This document shows positions 1 to 9,457 of a stretch of 64,000 nt of DNA, one piece after another. Under the pieces are notes generated by a model. That model worked only from the letters and a program-made list of their open reading frames with translations. It was not told where the DNA came from and did not search any database. The stretch covers positions 285,510 through 349,509 of the forward strand of contig CAZMYW010000027.1 of the NCBI GenBank assembly GCA_964570625.1. Direction: 5' to 3'. How positions within the stretch are numbered: position 1 is the first letter of the stretch; each line of letters begins with the position of its first letter. Source of the stretch: an uncultured Nitrospirota bacterium. Lineage in GTDB: Bacteria; Nitrospirota; Nitrospiria; 2-01-FULL-66-17. A program made the translations under genes and the position numbers.

Positions 1-1120
1 GTTGCACTCTTGAGTCGCCAAAACCCGCCGTAGGCGCCGACGGTTGCGCGGGAGTCGTGCCGGTATCCACGAGTGAGCTCCGCGTGAATGAGCACACGGG
101 CGGCGATCCGACGCAGAGTGTAGGGGCGTTGTCCACGGGGTTTGTCTGGGCGTAGTCCGGATTGGGAGCCGACGGGGCCGAGGACAGTACCAGATACCCT
201 GTCACCAAATAGTCGAGGTTTTGCGCCCACGAGACTTTGCACGAGGTTGCGTCGGGATCGCCGCAGGTTACTGTAGGCTTCTCAGGGGGAAAGGGTACGG
301 TGGACGCCCCCAGCCCTCCATACGCACCTACGTCGGCACCGCCTTCACCCGCGCCTTTTGCAGCGGAGCCACTTCTGAGATGAAAATCGTTCTCCTCAGG
401 GCCCTTAGTGACTTCCACAAACTCAGGGTCGAGATCATCGGGAGGATTTGGATCCACCTCGTCCCCGCGTTCGCCGCTGTTAGGTGGAACGTTCCAGAAC
501 AGGTTCCCCACAGGCTGGGTGAATCCAACGACCGTTGAAAAGGGTGTGATGGGCATCACTGAGACGTTAGAAAAAATGTTGTTGCGAATGACGATATTCG
601 AGGTCGGGCAGTTGATCCCATTAGCGACGTTGAAGAACGTCACCTGCGCGATTGTGCTTCCGGTTATTGTGTTACCGCTGCAATCAATGGCGATTGACGC
701 AAGCGTGATCACGAGGTTCCTGAGAATCACACTAGGTGACCCTTCGATCTTCACCCCGGTTCCCGAGGTGATCAGGATTAGCCCATCAATCGTGACCGCG
801 GCGGAAGTTCCCCCGATCGTAATAATGGGTTCGTTGGACGCTGCGCGAAGGACGACCTTAGCACCATCCTTAGCGCGGATGGTCACTGAAGTTGAAATCG
901 TCAAATTGTCGACGTATGTATCAGTGGCCACTTCGATGACGTCAGTGGTCGTGGTCCCATCCCTAACCGACATGTCAATGGCTTGACCAATTGTTCTCGC
1001 GTCTTCGGGTACCCGGAAGGTCTCCCCAAAGCTCTGTGCTGACGGAAATGCCGTGAACGCGAAGAAGAGACAGAGAGCCGCCGGTCGAGGGATGCGCCGG
1101 CTCAATCCTAGGGACAACAT
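1..1120 (-). CDS. secreted right-handed parallel beta-helix (PbH1) repeat protein, 5' part only (runs off window start)
   Basis: Own translation of the minus strand from the ATG at 1118-1120 gives a signal peptide MLSLGLSRRIPRPAALCLFFAFTAFPSAQSF. It is followed by beta-helix-like repeats (VTIDGLILITSGTGVKIEGS, ILRNLVITLASIAIDCSGNTITG, NIVIRNNIF). The frame has no stop down to position 1. The + ORF 408..986 is its antisense shadow. Confidence 0.5.
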   Translation of the reverse strand, partial: MLSLGLSRRIPRPAALCLFFAFTAFPSAQSFGETFRVPEDARTIGQAIDMSVRDGTTTTDVIEVATDTYVDNLTISTSVTIRAKDGAKVVLRAASNEPIITIGGTSAAVTIDGLILITSGTGVKIEGSPSVILRNLVITLASIAIDCSGNTITGSTIAQVTFFNVANGINCPTSNIVIRNNIFSNVSVMPITPFSTVVGFTQPVGNLFWNVPPNSGERGDEVDPNPPDDLDPEFVEVTKGPEENDFHLRSGSAAKGAGEGGADVGAYGGLGASTVPFPPEKPTVTCGDPDATSCKVSWAQNLDYLVTGYLVLSSAPSAPNPDYAQTNPVDNAPTLCVGSPPVCSFTRSSLVDTGTTPAQPSAPTAGFGDSRVQ

Positions 1121-1126
1121 GCTAGC

Positions 1127-1639
1127 TCAGTAACTGAGGAGGGAGACGACGTGCTGGTCCTTGAGCCGGTCACGGCCGCGAAGGTCTACCAGTTCGATGA
1201 GCACGGCCACACCAACGACCACGCCGCCGATCGCGCCGACGAGGTGGACCGTGGCCGCCATGGTGCCGCCGGTGGCCAACAGGTCGTCGACGATCAGGAC
1301 GCGCTCGCCGCGGTCGATCGCGTCCTTGTGGATGGCCAGTGAGCTCGACCCGTATTCCAGGTCGTAGGTTTTCTCGTACACCTCGGCGGGCAACTTGCCG
1401 GGTTTGCGGACCGGCACGAAGCCCGCCCCCAGTTCCAGGGCCAGCGGAGCACCCAGGATGAAGCCCCTCGATTCGATCCCGACCACCTTCTGAATGCCCT
1501 CGCCGCGGTAGAACTCGGACAGGCGTTGGATCACGCGGGCAAACGCCTGTGCGTCCCGCAACAAGGTCGTGACGTCGTAAAACAGGACGCCGGGTTTGGG
1601 AAAGTTAGGGACTTCCCTGATTTTGGCTTTGAGGTCCAT
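1127..1639 (-). CDS. apt: adenine phosphoribosyltransferase
   Basis: 170-aa product with the PRTase motif VLIVDDLLATGGT and the Apt-like N-terminus MDLKAKIREVPNFPKPGVLFYDVT. Confidence 0.9.
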   Translation of the reverse strand: MDLKAKIREVPNFPKPGVLFYDVTTLLRDAQAFARVIQRLSEFYRGEGIQKVVGIESRGFILGAPLALELGAGFVPVRKPGKLPAEVYEKTYDLEYGSSSLAIHKDAIDRGERVLIVDDLLATGGTMAATVHLVGAIGGVVVGVAVLIELVDLRGRDRLKDQHVVSLLSY

Positions 1640-1661
1640 ACACCGCTCGGGGAGGGGACGG

Positions 1662-2768
1662 TTAGAGGATTTCGTCGGCCGTGATGTTCTTCTTCCCGAT
1701 CACGACGCGAAGTTTGGTCAGCGCCCCGGCCTCGATCTGTCGCACCCGCTCTCGGGTGAGACCAAACACCTTGCCGATTTCTTCCAAGGTATGGGGCTCG
1801 TCGCCGTCGAGGCCGAATCGCATGACCAGGACCTTTTGTTCGTTGGGCTTGAGGACCTTCATCCACTGGATGATGTCTTCACGTCGCCTGATCCCTTCGG
1901 CGCTCGTAGCCGGCGACACTTGCGACGTGTCTTCGATGATGTCCTTGAGCGTGGTTTCCTGCGCGCTTCCGATGGGACTCTCCAGCGAATAGGTCTTGCG
2001 GATCAACTGCTGCAAGTGAACGACTTCCTCAACCGGGATGCGCAGCCGCCGCGAGATCTCCTTGGCATTGGGGTCGCGGTCGTACTCCTGCATCAGGACG
2101 TCCACCGCCTGCAAGTAGTGGTTGACCTTTTCGACCACGTGCACCGGCAAGCGGATCAACTTGCTCTGGTTGATGATCGCGCGTTCGATTGACTGCCTGA
2201 TCCACCACGACGCGTAGGTGGAAAACTTGAATCCACGGCGGTAGTTGAACTTCTCGACGGCTTTGATCAAGCCGATATTCCCCTCTTCCAGCACGTCGGA
2301 AAACGGGAGCCCTCGGTTGATGTAGCGTTTGCCGATGCTGACGACGAGTCGCAGATTGGACTCGATCATCTGCTCGCGGGCTTTGGCGTCGCCCTTTTCG
2401 ATCAGCTTGGCGAGGCGCTGTTCGTCGGCAAAGGTCAGGAGCGTGGACCGGCGGATCTCTTTCAGGTAGCTCTTGACCGCATCCATCCCCCCGCTGGGTT
2501 CGGATTCGGGCTCGGCCTCGATGACCGTTTCCCGGGCCTCGAACTCCACCTCGTCGTCCGCGGGACGCTCATCGTCGTCCGGCTCAACGTCTGCCTTGAG
2601 GGGAAACGTTTCGTCGGTGGCGGACTCCTGGGGCTCGGCCGAGTCGCCATCGAGCGTGACATCTTTGGCCTTGCGTGGTCGCTTGGAAAGAACGGCTTTT
2701 CGCGCTTTCGGATTAGGCAACGTTGAACCCTCTCGCTCCGGAAGAACCCGCCTGCCATCGCACATCAA
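1662..2768 (-). CDS. RNA polymerase sigma factor, sigma-70 family (principal-like / group 2, RpoS-SigA paralog)
   Basis: Acidic N-terminus. Region 2 motifs LIEKGD, RLVVSIGKRYINRGLPFSDVLEEGNIGLIKAVEKF and YASWWIRQSIERAI are present, with a region 4 HTH (TLEEIGKVFGLTRERVRQIE). The annotated ATG start overlaps acyP by 56 nt, so the true start may be a downstream alternative codon. Confidence 0.85.
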   Translation of the reverse strand: MMCDGRRVLPEREGSTLPNPKARKAVLSKRPRKAKDVTLDGDSAEPQESATDETFPLKADVEPDDDERPADDEVEFEARETVIEAEPESEPSGGMDAVKSYLKEIRRSTLLTFADEQRLAKLIEKGDAKAREQMIESNLRLVVSIGKRYINRGLPFSDVLEEGNIGLIKAVEKFNYRRGFKFSTYASWWIRQSIERAIINQSKLIRLPVHVVEKVNHYLQAVDVLMQEYDRDPNAKEISRRLRIPVEEVVHLQQLIRKTYSLESPIGSAQETTLKDIIEDTSQVSPATSAEGIRRREDIIQWMKVLKPNEQKVLVMRFGLDGDEPHTLEEIGKVFGLTRERVRQIEAGALTKLRVVIGKKNITADEIL

Positions 2769-2997
2769 CCGACTCCACCCGCGCCCCCGGAGGGCCGATC
2801 CGCAGCCGGCCGATCACCGTCTCGATCACTTCACGGGAGCCTTCCAGTCGCACCTCGACTCGCCCGTCGCGCAGATTTTTGGCGTGGCCGCTCAGCCCCA
2901 GGCGAGTCGCCTCCGCCGCGGCGAAATTCCGGTAGCCGATCCCCTGGACCTGGCCGCTGACGTGAACCGTGGCTTGGTGCACCTTGGTATCGCTCAT
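2713..2997 (-). CDS. acyP: acylphosphatase
   Basis: VHVSGQVQGIGYRNF and GLSGHAKNLRDGRVEV acylphosphatase signatures. Start placed at the second Met (MSDTKV), because the upstream Met would run into tRNA-Pro. Confidence 0.75.
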   Translation of the reverse strand: MSDTKVHQATVHVSGQVQGIGYRNFAAAEATRLGLSGHAKNLRDGRVEVRLEGSREVIETVIGRLRIGPPGARVESVDVRWQAGSSGARGFNVA

Positions 2998-3012
2998 CGC
3001 GTTCCGAACAAA

Positions 3013-3086
3013 TCGGGGTGAGAGGATTTGAACCTCCGACACCCAGCTCCCGAAGCTGGTGCGCTACCAGGCTGCGCCACACCCCG
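3013..3086 (-). tRNA. tRNA-Pro (anticodon CGG)
   Basis: Reverse complement CGGGGTGTGGCGCAGCCTGGTAGCGCACCAGCTTCGGGAGCTGGGTGTCGGAGGTTCAAATCCTCTCACCCCGA folds as a cloverleaf. 7-bp acceptor stem, anticodon loop TTCGGGA, T-arm GGAGG/TTCAAAT/CCTCT. CCA is not encoded. Confidence 0.85.
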
Positions 3087-3166
3087 TTGTTCCCCTGTAA
3101 AAGGCAACTCATCTCGCAGCCTCGGGCCTAAAATTCGGCCCTGCGTTGCGCCAAGCAAGCTCGGTT

Positions 3167-3225
3167 GGAACCTCCGACACCCAGCTCCCGAAGCTGGTGC
3201 GCTACCAGGCTGCGCCACACCCCGT
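3167..3225 (-). pseudogene. truncated tandem copy of tRNA-Pro (5' 59 nt only; T-arm and 3' acceptor strand absent)
   Basis: Direct repeat of 3031-3089 at 3167-3227. The sequence downstream of the repeat (GGAGGTTCCAACCGAGCTTG) cannot form a T-stem or an acceptor stem. Confidence 0.6.
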
Positions 3226-3232
3226 TCCTCTA

Positions 3233-4336
3233 TCAGTGCCATGTTTCCAATCGCAAACGGTGCGCCTCGGCGACCCCAGGATGCACCACCCGGCCGTGGT
3301 AGAGATTCAAGCCGGCACCCAGGGCCGGATCGGCCTTCAAGGCCGGCTCGACGCCGTGTTCAACCAACTTCATGACGTAGGGCAGAGTCACCGCGGTCAA
3401 CGCCTGCGTGGACGTCCTCGGGACCGTACCCGGCAGGTTCGCCACTCCATAGTGAATGACCCCATGCACGATAGCCACCGGGTTGGCCTGCGTCGTTTTC
3501 TTCGCTGTCTCGACGCACCCGCCTTGGTCGATCGACACGTCCACGATCACCGAGCCTTTCCGCATCTGCGCCACGGTTTGCGCGGTGACCAGATGGGGGG
3601 TGCGTCCTCCGGAGACCAACACCGCGCCGACCACCAGGTCCGCTTGCACCACCGTCCCGTGAATCGTCTCCGGACTCGCGATCAAGGTCGTGATCCGGCC
3701 GCCGAACAGATCGTCCACCGCCCGCAGCCGGTTGGGATCCTGTTCGAGCACCGTGACCCGCGCGCCCATCCCGACCGCCATCTTGGCCGCGCTGGTTCCG
3801 ACAATGCCACCCCCGAGGATCGTGACCCGTCCCCGCTCCACGCCAGGAATGCCGGACAACAAGACGCCGCTACCGCCGTTGGTCCGTTGGAGATACGAGG
3901 CCCCGATCTGCACCGCCAGGCGACCGGCGATATCGCTCATCGGCCGCAGCAGCGGCCGCACGCCGTCCGCCTGCGTCACCGTCTCGTACGCGATGCCCAC
4001 GATTCCGGCCGCCAGCAACGCCTCGGTCAGGCCGCGATCCGCGGCCAAGTGCAAGAACGTAAAAAGCGTCTGGCCCTTCTGGATCCACGGATACTCTTTG
4101 GGAAGGGGCTCCTTGACCTTCACGATCAGGTCGCCCATCTTGTACACCGCTTCCGTGGAGGCGACCAGCATGGCTCCCGCCTCCTCGTAGGCGCGATCGG
4201 AGAACCCGCTGCCCTCCCCCGCGCCGCGTTCCACGAACACTTGCGCTCCGAGATGGGCGATCGCACGCACCCCTGCGGGGGTCATCCCGACCCGGTACTC
4301 GTGCTCCATAATCTCGCGCGGAACGCCGACTTTCAT
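3233..4336 (-). CDS. ald: alanine dehydrogenase
   Basis: MKVGVPREIMEHEYRVGMTPAGV N-terminus, an NAD-binding GGGIVGTSAAKMAVGMGARVTVLE fold and length 367 aa. Confidence 0.9.
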   Translation of the reverse strand: MKVGVPREIMEHEYRVGMTPAGVRAIAHLGAQVFVERGAGEGSGFSDRAYEEAGAMLVASTEAVYKMGDLIVKVKEPLPKEYPWIQKGQTLFTFLHLAADRGLTEALLAAGIVGIAYETVTQADGVRPLLRPMSDIAGRLAVQIGASYLQRTNGGSGVLLSGIPGVERGRVTILGGGIVGTSAAKMAVGMGARVTVLEQDPNRLRAVDDLFGGRITTLIASPETIHGTVVQADLVVGAVLVSGGRTPHLVTAQTVAQMRKGSVIVDVSIDQGGCVETAKKTTQANPVAIVHGVIHYGVANLPGTVPRTSTQALTAVTLPYVMKLVEHGVEPALKADPALGAGLNLYHGRVVHPGVAEAHRLRLETWH

Positions 4337-4439
4337 CGCGCCCTCACATGGACGTCCGTGTCCGAATTGGGTTAACGTAGCAGTTCGACCCGCGAAAAGT
4401 CAAACGTTGTCCGAGGTTACGAACGACGCGTTGGCGCCG

Positions 4440-6392
4440 TTAGAAGTTGGCTTGCAAGCCGATGCGCGGTGTGAATCCGGCGCTGGGAAATCCGATGGCT
4501 TCTTCATAGTCGGCATCGAACACGTTATCGACCGCCAGGACATATCGCCACGACGGCCGTGCCGTTTTCCAGGTCATCGCCAGATTGACCCGTGTGTAGG
4601 GAGCTAAATAGCGGTCGCCGGTCGGGATCGACGAGTCCAGAACTCGTCCCACATACAGAACGTCTACATTGACGGAGACGGAGGGAGACGGCTGCCATCC
4701 AACCACGACCCCTCCGCGCCACTCGGGACGGTTTCGGAGCTCTTCTTCGGTGCCCACAATGTCCATCCCCAGGTGGGTGAGATGCGAAGACACGTGAAGG
4801 CGCCCGGTCGCCTGTACACCGACCTCCATCTCCACGCCGTTCCCAACGACCTTCGACCGATTGACCAATTGCGGTGGCGGACCCTCTTGCAGATCGATCA
4901 TGCCGTACGACACCGTGGAAAAATATGCGGCGCGGAGCGTCACCCGCTCACCCCACAGGAGCTGCGTCACGGCCACCTCTCCGCTGTGGCTTCGTTCCGG
5001 CAGCAGATTCGGATTGCCCACGATCGGGTGCCCCAAAGCGAAAAAACTGGGCAATTTGAACCCCTCGCCCCAACTGACCCGAAGGGTCGTGTCAGTGGAC
5101 ACGATCCTGTACGAGAACGCCGAACGAACGCTGACCTCGGCGTCGAACTCACTCGGGATATCCAGCCGCAGGCCTGCGTGGGCGCGCAACCCTTCGGACA
5201 CGGTGTATCGACCTTCGATAAACGGCGCCCAGGCTTGACGGTCCATCTCGAAATCCGCCGGAACAACCGTTCCCCCAAAAGACAGCCCGCCTCGGCTGTT
5301 GCCCCTTTCAGATTGAGCTTCGATTCCCAGCCCCACGGCCAACCGTTCGGTGGGGGTCGACCGGCGAAGGAGCGTCACCACCTGGCGGCGGTACCGACTG
5401 TCGGAAAAGTTGGGCGGAATTCCGGCCGGATCACGCACTCCGGGCGCGACGCCAGGTGAATCAGTCTGATCCTGCCGATCGTAGTATTGGATGGTCAGAT
5501 CGGGAATCCAGGTGGAGGGATCCGCAGCAGACAACTCGATCCCCGCGATCATCTCGGTGGAACCCCCCTCCTCGACCTCGCGCAACACGGCGAAAGACGG
5601 TCCACCGCTGTCCTCCGGGAACGTTTCGCGGTGGCCATCCGTGTAGCTCACCGTGGAGCGGAGTCCAATCCACCGGGTCACCCGGCCGCCGAAACTTCCT
5701 CGAATCGTTTGGTTGACCAACGCGCTGCCCTCCGTCGCGGTTCCGCTGTCGAAATAGGAACCGCTCAACGAATACTCCGCGTCGCCAGAAACCCCCTGGG
5801 CCCGCAAGACCGCGTGACGGTACCCAGCGGGTCCACCGGACACCTCCACGCCTCTGACTGCCTCCGACGCGCCGCGAGGGGTCACGATATTCACGACGCC
5901 CGCCAGTGCATCCGAGCCGTAGATCGCGGACATCGGTCCCCGCACGATCTCGACCCGCTCCACGTTCGCGACATCCAGCGTCGACAGGTCGAACGATCCG
6001 CCGCGGCTATTGGTGGGATCGTTCACCTTCACCCCGTCAATCAGCACAACGGTATAGTTGGGATCGGCGCCTCGAAGGTACAGGGAGCTCACCGCTCCGC
6101 CGCCGGCCTGATCGACGTGTAGCCCCGGAACTTGTCGTAACAGGTCGGGGACATTCCGTGCCTGCTGCGCGGCGATCTGCTCTTTGGTGATCACGGTCAC
6201 GCTGGCTCCGCTGTCCTCGATCGTCGAAGGGAGCACCGTTCCGGTCACCAGGACGGGCTCCAGCGTCACTCGTATCGGGCCTGGCTCATGTTCCGTTTGG
6301 GCCTCCGCTAGAATATCCGGTCCGAGCCACAGGCCGAGGCATGCGGTAAGGGCACCGACGAGACGGACCGATCGAATTTCTCCGCGTCCCAT
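4440..6392 (-). CDS. TonB-dependent outer-membrane receptor
   Basis: Plug-domain motifs (DLLRQVPGLHV, SLYLRGADPNYTVVLIDGVKVNDP, VERVEIVRGPMSAIYGSDALAGVVNIVT) and a C-terminal aromatic residue (..LQANF). The signal peptide begins at the internal Met, so the start was chosen at 6392; the ORF extends to 6464. Confidence 0.85.
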   Translation of the reverse strand: MGRGEIRSVRLVGALTACLGLWLGPDILAEAQTEHEPGPIRVTLEPVLVTGTVLPSTIEDSGASVTVITKEQIAAQQARNVPDLLRQVPGLHVDQAGGGAVSSLYLRGADPNYTVVLIDGVKVNDPTNSRGGSFDLSTLDVANVERVEIVRGPMSAIYGSDALAGVVNIVTPRGASEAVRGVEVSGGPAGYRHAVLRAQGVSGDAEYSLSGSYFDSGTATEGSALVNQTIRGSFGGRVTRWIGLRSTVSYTDGHRETFPEDSGGPSFAVLREVEEGGSTEMIAGIELSAADPSTWIPDLTIQYYDRQDQTDSPGVAPGVRDPAGIPPNFSDSRYRRQVVTLLRRSTPTERLAVGLGIEAQSERGNSRGGLSFGGTVVPADFEMDRQAWAPFIEGRYTVSEGLRAHAGLRLDIPSEFDAEVSVRSAFSYRIVSTDTTLRVSWGEGFKLPSFFALGHPIVGNPNLLPERSHSGEVAVTQLLWGERVTLRAAYFSTVSYGMIDLQEGPPPQLVNRSKVVGNGVEMEVGVQATGRLHVSSHLTHLGMDIVGTEEELRNRPEWRGGVVVGWQPSPSVSVNVDVLYVGRVLDSSIPTGDRYLAPYTRVNLAMTWKTARPSWRYVLAVDNVFDADYEEAIGFPSAGFTPRIGLQANF

Positions 6393-6586
6393 CAAGAACG
6401 CGAATACGCGCGCACCGGACCAGTATCGAACGCACGCGTCAACGAGGAAGCCCCTGCATGGCATACCGCCGGAGAAACAGCCGGTACTGTATCGGCCGAC
6501 TCCTGGAAAATCAATCGAAGCCCCCGGCCTCGATACATCGAGTTCTCCTTTGACACGAAAGCGAGCTCGAGCCTACAATACGGCGT

Positions 6587-7702
6587 TTGGAAGACGCCTT
6601 CAGACACCCGATGACCAACCACACACCCAGTCCCGTCCCCCATTTCATCACGGTGGGATGGCAGGACGGCTGCGTGCGCCTCCTGGACCAGCGCCGCCTG
6701 CCGGAAGAAGTGCGTTACCTCGACTGCACCGACTATCGCGAAGTCGCGGAGGCCATCAGAACCCTGGCGGTCCGCGGGGCGCCAGCCATCGGGATCGCTG
6801 CGGCTATGGGTCTTGCCCTTGGAGCCACGACATTGGTCCCGGCATCGTCCGATGAGTTCCAGAGCGGGCTCTCAAAGATCGCCGACGACCTGGCCTCGAC
6901 CCGCCCGACGGCGGTCAATTTGTTTTGGGCATTGGATCGGATGAAGCGCGTCGCCGCGCAGCATCAACACCTTGAGCGCGGAGCCCTGGTTCGGCGTCTC
7001 ATCCAGGAATCTCAAGTGATACTTGAAGAAGACGTGGCGATGAATCGCGCCATGGGAGCGATCGGCGCCACGTTCATTCACGATGGGAACACGATCCTCA
7101 CCCACTGCAACGCCGGCGCGTTGGCGACCGGCGGGTACGGTACGGCCCTCGGGGTGATTCGGGCCGCGTGGGGAAGCGGGAAGCGTATCCGGGTCGTCGC
7201 CGACGAGACGCGGCCGGTGCTCCAAGGTGCGCGCCTCACGGCATGGGAACTGATGCAAGACAGTATTCCGGTCACCCTGATCACCGACAACATGGCAGGC
7301 GCTCTCATGCGGCAGGGCCGCATCCAAGCGTGTATCGTAGGCGCGGACCGGATCGCGGCCAACGGCGACGTGGCGAACAAGATCGGCACCTACAGCGTCG
7401 CGGTGCTCGCTCGCCATCACGGTCTTCCGTTTTATGTGGCTGCGCCGACCTCCACCCTCGACCTCTCGCTACGCTCCGGCGCCGACATTCCCATCGAATC
7501 CCGCAATTCTCGCGAAGTCACACACGTCCACGGGGGGACCACCGTCGCGCCGGACGGTGTGGAGGTGGACAACCCCGCGTTCGACGTCACGCCCGCAGAA
7601 CTCATCACCGCCATCATCACGGAAAAAGGCGCCTTCCGGCCGGCCGACATCCATCGCCTCAATGGCGACGGCGCATCGTTGGCCCCACACCGTCTCGCGT
7701 AA
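6587..7702 (+). CDS. mtnA: S-methyl-5-thioribose-1-phosphate isomerase (eIF-2B alpha/beta/delta family)
   Basis: [32 protein letters not shown] and [21 protein letters not shown] motifs typical of MtnA. Confidence 0.85.
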   Translation: MEDAFRHPMTNHTPSPVPHFITVGWQDGCVRLLDQRRLPEEVRYLDCTDYREVAEAIRTLAVRGAPAIGIAAAMGLALGATTLVPASSDEFQSGLSKIADDLASTRPTAVNLFWALDRMKRVAAQHQHLERGALVRRLIQESQVILEEDVAMNRAMGAIGATFIHDGNTILTHCNAGALATGGYGTALGVIRAAWGSGKRIRVVADETRPVLQGARLTAWELMQDSIPVTLITDNMAGALMRQGRIQACIVGADRIAANGDVANKIGTYSVAVLARHHGLPFYVAAPTSTLDLSLRSGADIPIESRNSREVTHVHGGTTVAPDGVEVDNPAFDVTPAELITAIITEKGAFRPADIHRLNGDGASLAPHRLA

Positions 7703-7754
7703 CCCCCGACCCCCGCCTGACGATCCTCCCGCCCGCGCGGTCGGGGTAGCGCGA

Positions 7755-8123
7755 TTACTCCACCGCCTTCACGTCGGTGACGAAATATTCCGTTTCGCCG
7801 AAACAGGTCGTCGGCAAACCCTTGTGTTGTTCGTAGTGAAGCGAGACTCGTTTCCCCATCAATTGATTGATCCGTTCCACGACCGCGTCGTCTCGCACGG
7901 TAAACAGGAATTTCTCGGGCGACGTGCCAGGCATGGACACCATGGACAGTTCCCCCTCCGATGTTTTGCAGATCCACCCCTTCGTGGACAGTTTCTGGAC
8001 GTAACCGGCTCGTTCACCGGAGGAGTAGCTCCACGTCAGCGCCAACCACACGTACAGAACACCGACTAAAATCGCCGCACCGACCAGCCCGCCGATCCAC
8101 CGCATCACGGTTGTCCTATTCAC
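7755..8123 (-). CDS. hypothetical membrane-anchored protein (single N-terminal TM)
   Basis: 122-aa ORF with a hydrophobic N-terminal helix and balanced composition. No family was recognised. Confidence 0.45.
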   Translation of the reverse strand: MNRTTVMRWIGGLVGAAILVGVLYVWLALTWSYSSGERAGYVQKLSTKGWICKTSEGELSMVSMPGTSPEKFLFTVRDDAVVERINQLMGKRVSLHYEQHKGLPTTCFGETEYFVTDVKAVE

Positions 8124-8173
8124 GATGACCTCCCCGTCTCCTGGATATTCCCTTCACTCCGCTGACTGCGCCA

Positions 8174-9442
8174 TCACTTGACGCCGGAAATCGTGACGAC
8201 CACCCGGCGATTCTTCTTCCTCCCCTCCGGCGTCTTGTTGTCCGCAATCGGATTCGACGGGCCATACCCTTTGGCCGTCAACCGCGATGCGTCCACACCG
8301 AGGTCGATTAATGCTTGCCGCACCGCATCAGCCCGCCGTTGGGACAGGCCCACGTTGTTCTGTACGGACCCAACGTTATCGGTGTGACCCTCGACCTCGC
8401 CCGTAGTCTTCGGCGTGGTTTTCATGAACTCCGCCACGCGCAGGATCTCGCTCTGATACTGCGGCTTGATCACGGCCTTGTTCGTGTCGAACTCGATCGC
8501 CAACTCGATGCTCACCTTCTCTTCCGCCGGCGGTTGCGGAGGCGGACACCCGGTCGTATCCACGCGCTCGCCGCGAGGGGTGTCCGGACAACGGTCAGCT
8601 GCATCTGGCACCCCGTCCCCGTCGGCGTCGGTCGGACAGCCTTGTGGGTCGACCGGCATTCCCTCGGGCGTTCCCGGACACCGATCGTGCATATCCAACA
8701 CCCCATCGCCGTCGGAATCCGCCGGTGGCGGCGGAACCGGCGCAGGAGGAGGAGATGAGGATGGTGGTGGTGCTTGCGGCGGAGGAGGCGGCGCGGCGGC
8801 AGCCATCGGCGAGGGTTGCGCGCCGCCCCACGAGAACACGAGGCCCAGCGTGTACTCCAAATTGTTGTAGGTCGGCGAATTGTGCTGGTCCATGATGTGG
8901 CGGACGTCCGCCCGCAATCCGATCGTTCGATTCAGCGCCCATTTCGCACCCACCCCGTAGTCCACGAGGAAGTCCTCGTCGGCTGCCCCACCAGAATCGG
9001 GATCGAGCTTGATGACACCGAATCCGGCCGCAAGGTAGGGGACGACTCGGGCTTCGGGCATCAGATGCCAGAGCCCTTCGATTCGGTACAGATATCCTTC
9101 CACGTCGACCGGAGCCACCTTCGATTCCGTTCGCAGATAATCGAATGCTCCTTCCAGGGCAAATCGCGACGTCCAGTTAAAGCCCAATCGCAGCCCATAT
9201 ACCGGCTTATGTTTGAGTTCCTGATCCGACTCGAACACGTAGCCCCCGATCACGGGGCTGATCGACCATTCTCCGGCCCGCGTCTCGGCCCAAGCCGGGG
9301 ACACCGCCAACCACACCGACGCTATCGCAATGCTCAACCCGCGAAATGCATTCATCGCCATCCTCCCTGATCCGTTAATGACTGTGTCCGCTGCCTGGCC
9401 GGCAGCCCGAGTCATCGCCTGACCCCAAACGGCCGGCGTCAA
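8174..9442 (-). CDS. OmpA-family outer-membrane protein with Pro-rich linker and thrombospondin type-3 (DxDxDGxxD) Ca-binding repeats
   Basis: Signal peptide and an N-terminal beta-barrel, followed by a PPPPQAPPPSSSPPPAPVPPPP linker. Two TSP3 repeats (DSDGDGVLDMHDRCP, DADGDGVPDAADRCP) precede a C-terminal OmpA peptidoglycan-binding domain (NQALSQRRADAVRQALIDLG, RRVVVTI). Confidence 0.85.
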   Translation of the reverse strand: MTPAVWGQAMTRAAGQAADTVINGSGRMAMNAFRGLSIAIASVWLAVSPAWAETRAGEWSISPVIGGYVFESDQELKHKPVYGLRLGFNWTSRFALEGAFDYLRTESKVAPVDVEGYLYRIEGLWHLMPEARVVPYLAAGFGVIKLDPDSGGAADEDFLVDYGVGAKWALNRTIGLRADVRHIMDQHNSPTYNNLEYTLGLVFSWGGAQPSPMAAAAPPPPPQAPPPSSSPPPAPVPPPPADSDGDGVLDMHDRCPGTPEGMPVDPQGCPTDADGDGVPDAADRCPDTPRGERVDTTGCPPPQPPAEEKVSIELAIEFDTNKAVIKPQYQSEILRVAEFMKTTPKTTGEVEGHTDNVGSVQNNVGLSQRRADAVRQALIDLGVDASRLTAKGYGPSNPIADNKTPEGRKKNRRVVVTISGVK

Positions 9443-9457
9443 CCCGTCGCGTCCGTC

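Noticed and set aside
408-986. 192-aa + ORF at window start
   Set aside because: Antisense shadow of the minus-strand beta-helix protein gene. No RBS, and Ser/Thr/Val-biased composition.
3028-3227. Possible CRISPR or repeat array from the 59-nt direct repeat
   Set aside because: Only two copies. The repeat is tRNA-derived, and there are no spacers or cas genes.
2994-3375. ORFs 2994..3242 (-) and 3028..3375 (+) with internally repeated peptide (GVAQPGSAPASGAGCRRF x2)
   Set aside because: The repetition is the translation of the two tRNA-Pro copies. The ORFs overlap the tRNA genes.
6393-6586. Cobalamin or other riboswitch upstream of the TonB-dependent receptor
   Set aside because: The region is too short and lacks a B12-box-like GCCACTG core. 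Only a short palindrome TCGATgtATCGA is present.
8700-8800. Pro-rich repetitive DNA as a candidate repeat element
   Set aside because: It encodes the poly-Pro/Ser linker of the OmpA-like protein between the beta-barrel and the TSP3 repeats.
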